Positions 54,675-64,000 of a stretch of 64,000 nt of DNA are shown here, one piece after another (position 1 is the stretch's first letter; every line of letters starts with the position of its first letter). The stretch covers positions 6,200,001 through 6,264,000 of the forward strand of contig NC_043003.1 in assembly GCF_006345805.1 (NCBI RefSeq), written 5' to 3'. Below the pieces are notes generated by a model. That model was given only the letters and a program-made list of their open reading frames with translations, was not told the origin of the DNA and did no database searches. The translations under genes and the position numbers were made by a program. The DNA is from Octopus sinensis. Taxonomy: Eukaryota.

Positions 54675-54676
<2 letters not shown>
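54457..54676. repeat. About 220-bp near-perfect foldback, preceded by a 12-bp hairpin (54369-54403)
   Basis: tcacaatcaggaacggccataatagg.. versus ..cctattatggccgttccttgattgtga; stem runs to an aaaaaa-tg-tttttt apex. Confidence 0.93.
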
Positions 54677-54714
<38 letters not shown>

Positions 54715-54722
54715 CATACATA

Positions 54723-56020
54723 TTGGGTTAGCAACTAAGTTCCCGCCGTTTTTTTTTTAATTTTGGAATTTATTACGTTTTTAAATTTTGGAATCTATTT
54801 TTTTCGAGAATTTTATTTTTGAATCATTTTGGAATCTATTTTGTTTTTTGGGGGGTTTTTTTTCTTTCGAGTTAATTTTTGTTTATTTTCGGATCATTAA
54901 AATGGAATGTCAAGTTAAGAAAAACGAGCATTTTCGACACCTCCTTCTTTTTGCTTTTAATCAAGGTTCTAAGGCCGCAAAAGCTGCTCGCAACATTTGT
55001 GCTGTGTATGGAGAGGGGCCCATAGATGAAAGAACCGCTCGTGATGTGTGTGCCGAGTTGAAAAATGGAAATTTTGACCTCAAAGACGCACCTCGTTCTG
55101 GCCGTCCAGTTGAGTTCGATGAGGAGCGATTAAACCAACTTTTGCACGAAAATTCTCGTCAGGAAACAGGCAGAGAAAATGGAATGCTCCCACACTGCTA
55201 TAGAGAAGCATCTTCACTCGATGGGAAAGGTTCAGAGGTATGGAGCATGGGTTCCACATGCTTTAAGTGACAACAACAAAAATCAACGAGCCGCAATCTC
55301 CGCTGGTTTGCTTGCTCGTCATCGCTTAACTCATGGACGCGAGCAAAGATTTCTTTACCGAATCGTTACTGGCGACGAAAAATGGTGCCTGTACAGCAAT
55401 ATGAAGCAGCGTAAGGAATTGCTTAGCCCCGGTAAACAAGCGACACCGTGTGTGAAACAAGATCTTCATCCGCGCAAAACGATGCTGTGCGTATGGTGGG
55501 ACTGGGAAGGAATTATCCATTACGAATTGCTTCAACGGAACCAAACACTCAACGCGGAACTCTCTGTTCAACATATAGAACGACTCAACATGGCTATTAA
55601 ACAGAAAGGACCTAATCGTTAGCATGTTGTTCTTCTGCTACACCACAACGCCCGCCCTCACATCGCCAATATGACCAAGGAAGCCATTCAAACGCATGGC
55701 TGGGAAGTGCTGCCACACCCGCCGTACTCTCCTGATTTGGCACCAACGGATTTCCACCTCTTTCGATCTCTTTCAAATGCTATGCGCGGAGTTTCGTTCA
55801 ATACTGATGCAGAATTGAGAGCTTGGTTGGATCAATTTTTCGAGTCGAAATCGGGTGATTTCTACCAACGAGGTATTGAAAATCTTGTTGAACGTTGGGA
55901 AGAAGTTGTAAACAACAAGGGTGAATACATAATTGATTAATTAGTTGCCATTTTTTATTAAACCTTTTTTAAAAAATTTTAATTTAAAAAAAAACGGCTG
56001 GAACTTAGTTGCCAACCTAA
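54723..56020 (+). mobile_element. Mariner (DD34D) transposon, near full length (about 1.3 kb), inactive
   Basis: TA flanks; TIRs ttgggttagcaactaagttcccgccg / cggctggaacttagttgccaacctaa; ATG 54902 to TAA 55940, frameshift about 55165, TAG 55620, second Asp mutated to His (HHNARPH), YSPDLAPTD. Confidence 0.96.
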
Positions 56021-56023
56021 TAA

Positions 56024-56076
<53 letters not shown>

Positions 56077-57539
56077 CATATATAAGTATGAATTTCCATC
56101 CGCATGTTATCGTTATCATAATGTTTATCCTAAGCTGAAAGGATTTCCACTTGTATGACCATTCCATCGGAATACTCTGGGACTTGGGTCTGACGGGTGG
56201 CAGCCGACAACGAGAAGCATTGGAGATTTTACGAGCGCCTTCTGAAGCCTTTGCCCAAAGCAAATCAAACGGTAACATACATAAGTATGTATGTAAAGCC
56301 ACTCTTCTAACAAATACATTATCTTTCTACTACATGGGCTGAGTATTTTGCCTTAGGTCTAGATTTCCAATATTTTAACAACATCCAACAACTATACGCA
56401 TGTGCATGAGCGAGCATGCGTGTGTGTCATAGTATGTATGTAATTACAGAGACAGGCAGACAGACAGTTAGACGTTATTTAGGCCCAAACCGTCAATGCA
56501 CTCAAGCAGAAGTATGGTTTAATCCAGGTGAATCCATAACTTGGGGATAGACTTAAGCAATCACCAACTTAACACTGCTACCTGACATACTGAGATCCTC
56601 TAATCTAAAATACCCTGTTACTAGCATAAGGGTCGAGCTTCCAGTTTGAGGATGTCTTCCTCCTTCCCTTCCACAAGTCACGTGGACCATGGATCGGGTC
56701 GTAGGCACTGTTTTCCCCTTCTGACAAACTTAGTTTTTATTTCAAGCATAATGTGCCTGGGATTCACATCCAAACTAATTACCACCATAATACGCTACCC
56801 TTTGTGTGTTAGCAGTGCGTTGTTTTCATTTTAAAATTTATCTTTATTGACTTATAAAACGTTTATATAAACGAAATACAGAGTCCCTACCAAAAATTAC
56901 TATGTACGTACCCTAGATGCCACAAATGTGTTTAATGTGTAAATTCGGTCTATCCTGTAGTGTTACACCGCTAAACTTGGTTAAGCAATATGTTCGTGGT
57001 TGGAAAAGGTACTGAAGAAGAAACAACAATTCCTGAAATATGAATAGACACCCATTCCTTATTCTCCTATCTTCGATCGCATTCTTCATGTAGATGTATT
57101 TGTATGCGAAAAGTCCTAACTTGCAGTGTTGGTTCCAATTTCTATAGAAAATCTGTAGGGATCCACTTTAAAATTATCAAAACTATATTTTGATTCTTTT
57201 TGTTTTTTTAATATTGTAGAGTATGATTTCGAGAGTATTTAACTGCTTGTTTTATCAGTGTTTACGTCCACGCAGAGGGCCAACTCGTTAGTCGGTTACA
57301 GAAGCGTTGTGTTGCCGACGAGTCATTGTTATGGAGCGCGAAAAAGCTAAACATGAGAAGAGCAAATATAAAGATACAATATGGCCGTTTGTAAAAAGCA
57401 TTTTGACTGATTAACCAGTACATATGTACAGTCATGCCATCTAGTGGCAGATAATACAAAATGTTTGTCAGAAATAACAATCAATCATTTTCTTCTGTTC
57501 TGCGTGCCATCCATCATTTCTTACAAACCGTTCTTATAT

Positions 57540-57746
57540 TATATTATATCATATGCATACATAGAAACATATATACATATATACATAAATATATACGCAT
57601 ACATACACAGACACACACACATCAAAACGTGTATGTATGTATGTGTGTGCGTATATATATTATATATATATATATATGCGCACTCATACACAAACACGAA
57701 TCTATACATGCTGGAAAATATGAATATACGCTTAGATATGTATGTA

Positions 57747-57788
<42 letters not shown>

Positions 57789-57931
57789 AGCGTATGTATA
57801 TATAAATATATACACAGACGCTCACAAACACATACATCAATGCGCATAACATAAACTATAAAATAAAGATGGTAGAAAAAATGTTTACATGGATAAACAA
57901 ACACATCTTTGGTTAATATTTAGATGTGCGT

Positions 57932-57979
<48 letters not shown>

Positions 57980-58289
57980 TGTAATTGTGCATGTATATTT
58001 GTATGTATTACTACGTAGAACTGTGCATATTGTGTACGTCAGAATAGCGCTAACTGGTTGTATACTTGTGAGGATATATGCATGTGTGGGTGTGTGTGCA
58101 TCGCTGTGTGCATGTGTGTGTGTGCATCTGTTTGTGTGTGTGCATCTGTGTGTGTGTGTGCATCTGTGTGTGTGTGCATCTGTGTGTGTGCGCGCGCATT
58201 ATGTGGATGTACAAACACGCACACATATATCCATACATATGGAATCACGTGTGCATGTGAGAAAGAGTGTGTGTGTGTGTATACTCATT

Positions 58290-58358
<69 letters not shown>

Positions 58359-58374
58359 TAATAGATAGATAGAC

Positions 58375-58417
<43 letters not shown>

Positions 58418-58965
58418 CAGATAGACAAATAGATAGATGTCTATTCATGTGTATGTATACTTATATATATGTGTGTGTGTTGTGTGTGTGTTTGTGTTTG
58501 TGTGTGTGTGTGGTGTGTGTGTGTGTGTGTGTTTACTCTGTATATATGTCTATACACTCGTGTGTAACAGTATATATTCTGGCAGAGAGAACGAAATATA
58601 TAAACAGGCTTTTTAGTAGATTAAGAGAAAGTGGATTGTGTAAGCTAACCACCATCGACACCATCGCCATTACCTCCACCGCTTACACCATCACCATCAC
58701 AACGCCAATACCACCGTCACCACCACCAACATCATCAGCAGCACCTTCGCTTCAACCCTCCCCCCTCGTCTTTACCAAGTGGTGGTGGTGGTGGTGGTGG
58801 TGGTGACGGTGGTGGTGGTGGTGACAGTGGTGGTGGTGGTGGTGACGGTGGTGGTGGTGGTGGTGGTGGTGGTGGTAGTGATTGTGGTGGTGGTGGTGGT
58901 GGTGGTGGTGGTGGTGGTGATTGTGGTGGTGGTGGTGGTGGTGGTGGTGGTGTTCATGGTCGTCA
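57540..58965. repeat. Compound (TA)/(TG)/(GATA)/(GGT) microsatellite block
   Basis: Direct inspection. Confidence 0.9.
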
Positions 58966-59559
58966 TCGTCGTGATGGTGGCACCAATGTTGATATTGATA
59001 TTCCTCCTGGTTGTCGATACGATTACAGCGGTTCGTGGAGAAGAAGCTACTCAAAGTCAGGTAGTCAGCACCTTCCTGTGGTACCTGTTTACAACCAGGT
59101 AGACTGTACTTCATTATGGTACCTACTTACTGCTCTTTAAACTCTACCCCTCATCTGATGCTCATAACGAAGCCATGAGAACCTTTCAAAACCCCAAAAA
59201 TTCTTGTGATCTTTTTTCTACCACAAAATATTCAGTTTATCAGTGAGTTCTGTAAATCAACGAAGGAATTTCATCAAAGCTCCTCAGAATGTTAGAAATA
59301 ACAGCAAAATATCCCTCAAATCACACCCTACCGTCTTGAACAATGAAGGTAAGTATTTATTAATATGGTTATCGATGTAGAAATAGGTCGGATAGTCGTA
59401 GCTGGTTCATCTTTCATCATAGGTTTTCTCAGTCAAGGCTACTCTGGGGTTTATAACGTGAATTACGTCTCCATGTCACTACCCACCGAATATTGTTATG
59501 TGCAGCAACAACCTTAGTTAGGCGGGGTCCTGATAGCCCTACTGCAAAGGGGTCCTGAT

Positions 59560-59800
59560 ATGTTTTCTCTGGGTTATATACACCTACATGTCACAGATCC
59601 ATTCAACGTACGGGGTTACACAACAGCAGCAGGGGACTAAGGATGGGCCTTTTTGTAGACTTGTAGGTTACTTCCGAATAAGGAATCGGGAGAGGTTTGA
59701 TCTATAGGGAGGTGGGCGAGCGATTAGAGTGGAATTGGGCAGAAAGTGTGAAACTGGTTACTTTAAAGAAGATACCATAGGGGGTTGTAGGGAAATGAAT
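59560..59800 (-). mobile_element. Possible very decayed PLE RT-EN linker fragment
   Basis: Minus strand STLIARPPPYRSNLSRFLIR..PCCC resembles PLE linker sequences; heavily mutated. Confidence 0.25.
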
Positions 59801-59937
59801 GCGCAAAGAAACAGAGGAACTGTGATGTGATGGTTTTTGGTGGAGAGAGAGAACTGGAATAAGGGCTTAGAGGATAAAGGACATTGGGCCCCTTTTTCAT
59901 TGCCCTTGTGACATTTGATGTGAGGAATGAAAGGGCT

Positions 59938-60125
59938 GGATACCTATTTCTTTACTACCCACAAGGGGCTAAACACAGAGGGGACAAACAAGGACAGACA
60001 CACGGATTAAGTCGATTACATCGACCCCAGTGCGTAACTGGTACTTATTTAATCGACCCTGAAGGGATAAAATCAAAGTCGACCTCGGCGGAATTTGAAC
60101 TCAGAACGTAACGGCAGACGAAATG
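59938..60125 (-). mobile_element. SINE family 2, 5'-truncated
   Basis: Homologous to 11795-11990. Confidence 0.85.
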
Positions 60126-60217
60126 CTTGTACTAGAGTGGATGATCTGCTGAAGTTAACCCCGGGACGAGTGGTGGTGTTAAATCAGATTAAATCTAGCA
60201 CTCAACTATCGCCCCAC

Positions 60218-60257
<40 letters not shown>

Positions 60258-61450
60258 TTCCATTTAGCTTCCTTTCATTAAATTGCACATAAAAGACATT
60301 GGCTGATCCGAAGCTAGGATAAAAGACATTGGCTTCAGACGACGCCGTGCTGTGGGATCGATCTCGAACGATTTATTAACGAAGCAATCTTTTAAATCAC
60401 ACAGCCATGTTTATTCCTTTAAACGATCTTCATTTCCAGGTGGGCCTGTGATCATTACTCTCCCACTACATGTAAGCAGGTTTTACTTGATGATCTGAAG
60501 AGATGTGAGGTACTTGCTGAAGATGAAGTGAAAGCCTAGTCTCAGGGAGCGGAAGCAGTTCTGGTGATGATGTTTGTTGTTGTTGTTGTTGTTTTAACCC
60601 TCACGTCAGTCGTCATGACTCCTCCATTCGGCACTTCATATTTCACACTACGTTTTTCAATGTCTTTCTCTTTTCAAGAATATAATTTGAATATGATTTG
60701 AGGGAGATTTGATTGCTTTTTCCAGCAATGTTGTTTTATGTAAAGTTTGTGTGTAAATCTTCTCTGCATATTCCGTCCACATCACAATACCAGTGGCTAA
60801 AAAAAAATCTAAATATCCCTATCAGGTCTTAGTTTGTCACTCTTCTACAAATTCCTCTTTATATTTTCTTTGCTGAACGCTTACGTAACTCGAAAGACAT
60901 TCTGGACTCCCTTAACACTCCATCTACGTTAGTCTTTCTTTCTCATCGGACAAAGCAAGTTTCCAAATATATTTCCTCATTCTTTAACATAGACAGCCTT
61001 AACACGCAATCGACGTTAGATTTTTCTTCTCATTGCTATCTAGATTGCCAAGGACAGTTGAAAAATATATCTCCCCAGACTGTCGTCTGTTTTTCAGTGA
61101 ATGAATTTCTAAATTAGAACTGACGCAAGCAAAATATTAGCCAGCCACAGATATTTTCTAATGAGAAGGAAGAATAATTATTGATAATTTCGAATATATT
61201 TTCATTATTCTAACGAACATTAATTTCATTATAGACAAACAGCAAAGAATGAATAATAGACTAAATTGTTAAATGTTTGATAAACTTGTTTCACGTCCAT
61301 GAATAAAATGTCGCTATAAATGGAACAAATTATATTTTGTTAAACACATTGTTAGCAGTTTGTTTGTCTGACAGTGTTTTTATATATGAAAGTTCTTTGT
61401 TTTTAAAAATGGTTGTGATGCCACGTGAGACATAACAATTATTATCATCA

Positions 61451-61501
<51 letters not shown>

Positions 61502-61711
61502 GTTGAAGCTTGTTTGTTTGGGTGATTGGTTTTACAAGTATATCGACGACGGGTGGTGGATTGACGAAGTGGTTCGAGCTTTGGACCAAGTGCCTTGTGG
61601 TATTTGTTCCAGCTCTTTGCATTCTGAATTCAAATCTCCCCAAAGTCGACTTTAACATTCATCCTTTCAGATTCGATGAAATGAAAGTATAATGGTAAAA
61701 TAAATAAATAT

Positions 61712-62048
61712 AGGTGCAGGAGTGGCTGTGTTGTAAGTAGCGTGGCACCTTGAGCAAGTGTCTTCTACTATAGCCTCGGGCCGACCAAAGCCTTGTGAGT
61801 GGATTTGGTAGACGGAAACTGAAAGAAGCGCGACATATATGTGTGTGTGTGTGTGTGTTTGTATGTTTGTCCCCCACCATCGCTTGACAACCGATGCTAG
61901 TGTGTTTACGTCCCCGTAACTTAGAGGTTCGGCAAAATAGACCGATAGAATAAATACTAGACTCACAAAGAATAAGTCCTGGAGTCGATTTGCTCGACTA
62001 AAGGCGGTGCTCCAGCATGGCCGCAGTCAAATAACTGAAACAAATAAA
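61712..62048 (+). mobile_element. SINE family 3
   Basis: Homologous to 20663-21070. Confidence 0.85.
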
Positions 62049-62049
62049 A

Positions 62050-62093
<44 letters not shown>

Positions 62094-62100
62094 TATTATT

Positions 62101-62290
62101 AGGGCGGTGAGCTGGCAGAATCGTTACCTCGCCGAACAAATTACTTAGCGGCATTTCGTCCGTTTTTATGTTCTGAGTTCAAATTCTGGTCGACTTTGCC
62201 TTTCATCCTTTCGATGAAAGGCAAAGTAATCGGCTGGTCCCCCTTCCCCAAAATTTCAGGCCTGGTGCCTTTAGTAGAAAGGATTATTAT
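62101..62290 (+). mobile_element. SINE family 2 relative, internally deleted
   Basis: agggcggtgagctggcagaatcgtt..gagttcaaatt..gtcgactttgcctttcatcc. Confidence 0.75.
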
Positions 62291-62326
62291 TATTATTATT
62301 ATTATTATTTCATTTTCTCTTTTTTA

Positions 62327-62527
62327 TTTTTATAGCGTGCTTTCACTTCACTACCGAGCACAGCTCTGTGTGCCTTGGGTATGTGCTGTGATTTGTTGTG
62401 ATGCTCTGATGGTTATTGTATGGAAAGTGTTCTGCGTAGGATGTGTGCAGTGCCTAGTAGTGCAATTTTCTGTATCTTATATGTGTTTGTAAGTCCTGGT
62501 GTTTTTGTTATGTATTTGTCTGAATAT
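62327..62527 (-). mobile_element. Second, short 3' end of the R4/Dong-like LINE
   Basis: Near-identical to 62693-62895; flanked by (TAT)n. Confidence 0.85.
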
Positions 62528-62539
62528 GTTTTATTATTA

Positions 62540-62593
<54 letters not shown>

Positions 62594-62692
62594 TATTATT
62601 ATTATCATATTATTATTATATTATTATTATTACTATTATTATTATCATTATTATTATCATCACATTATTATTATTATTATTCAGTAGTTTTA

Positions 62693-63840
62693 TTTTTATA
62701 GCGTGCTTTCACTTCACTACCGAGCGCAGCTCTGTGTGCCTTGGGTATGTGCTGTGATTTGTTGTGATGCTCTGATGGTTATTGTATGGAAAGTGTTCTG
62801 CGTAGGATGTGTGCAGTGCCTAGTAGTGCAATTTTCTGTATCTTATAGTGTTTTTAAGTCCTGGTGTTTTTGTTATGTATTTGTCTGAATATTTTTTTAT
62901 CATGCCTAATGCGCCTACTATGATAGGAATTGTTTCTGTTTTCAGGTTCCACATTCTAGTTACCTCTATTTCCAGGTCTTTGTATTTTGAGAGTTTCTCC
63001 ATTTCTTTTAGAGACACGTTGTCATCTGCGTGGTATTGGTACATAAATTAGAAGCATTTTTTTTTTCTTCATGATCTCTGACAACTATATCTGGTCTGTT
63101 GGCCTTAATTTCTCTATCTTGTGTATCGGCATATCCCAGAGTATGGTTGCTTTCTCGTTTTCTGTGACCTTTTCTGGTGTGTGCCTATACCATCTTTTTT
63201 CTGTTGTTATTCCATAATGTTGGCATAGCCTCCAATGTATGTAGGTTCCAACTCTGTCATGTCTCTGAATATATTCCTTCTTAGCCAGGACTGGGCAGCT
63301 AGAGATAATATGATTTATTGTTTCTTGTCCATCTCCACATATTCTGCAGTTACTTGTAATATTTCTTTTCATTACATGTTTTTGGTAATTTCTGGTGGGG
63401 AGGCTTTGGTCTTGTGCTGCAATTAAAAATCCCTCTGTTTCTGCTTTGAGTCCTGAGCTTCTCAACCATTGCTGGGATTTTTCTTAGTCTATTTCTTTTT
63501 CCGCGTTTAGTTTAGTCCAGTATTTACCATGAAGGGGCTTTTCCTTGCCATCGTTTATTATCATGGTTCGTTGCTGTTCTATTTTTAGTTTGGATTTCAT
63601 TTGTTTTATAGCTTTTGTTGTTTCTTCATCATCTTCTTCTTCTTCGTGTTTATTAGGTGGTATGATTTCTTGTTTGTATTTGTCAGCTTCCTTAAATACT
63701 GAGAACAGTTTTTTGTTTTGCTCGTGTTTTGCTGCTATCTGGATCAGTTTTCCTTCCTTCTGAAGTAGGTATTTTTGCAGTCCTATGGTGGTTATTTTAT
63801 AGTAGTTTTCCAGCTGTATAAGGCCTCTACCACCTTCTAT
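62693..63840 (-). mobile_element. R4/Dong-clade non-LTR retrotransposon 3' part (CCHC finger + restriction-like endonuclease)
   Basis: CRICGDGQETINHIISSC, RHD, ANRPDIV (after a frameshift), KEMEKLSKYKDL; embedded between (TAA)n arrays. Confidence 0.88.
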
Positions 63841-63845
63841 TATTA

Positions 63846-63912
<67 letters not shown>

Positions 63913-63919
63913 GAAGAAG

Positions 63920-64000
63920 AATGCGGTGAGCTGGCAAAATCGTTAGCAAGATGGGGGAAATGCTTTGTAGCATTTCGTCCGTCTTTATGATCTGAGTTCA
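63920..64000 (+). mobile_element. SINE family 2 head, cut by the window edge
   Basis: gcggtgagctggcaaaatcgttagc..tgagttca. Confidence 0.7.

Noticed and set aside
59250-59295. Minus-strand CTGAGGA..GAAAT..GTT
   Set aside because: Stem II does not pair; consistent with chance in AT-rich DNA

Overview
Eukaryotic, AT-rich, microsatellite-saturated genomic DNA. The tRNA-derived SINE families and the retroelement and mariner content point to an octopus (coleoid cephalopod); this is inferred, not proven. I find no intact host gene, no rRNA, no CRISPR array and no intact transposase or RT ORF. Most listed ORFs are translations of (TA)n, (CA)n, (GGT)n or (TAT)n repeats. The window is a graveyard of nested mobile elements: CR1-group, RTE, R4/Dong and Tx1-like LINEs, Penelope-like elements (PLEs; RT + GIY-YIG), two DD34D mariners, a maT/Tc1-like fragment, a mariner-derived foldback MITE, a Helitron-like element and at least four SINE families. 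There is a 100-N gap at 41748-41847. The main signal not shown by the ORF track is about 21 minimal type I hammerhead-ribozyme motifs (CUGANGA..stem II..GAAAC-palindrome-GUH closed by a short stem I), found by eye on both strands. Nine have intact cores, four share a fixed CUGU(A/G)GA variant core and eight are decayed. Several carry 55-80 nt stem II domains, and two loci hold back-to-back hammerhead pairs inside long foldbacks. All structures were read by eye; no folding, alignment or database search was run.
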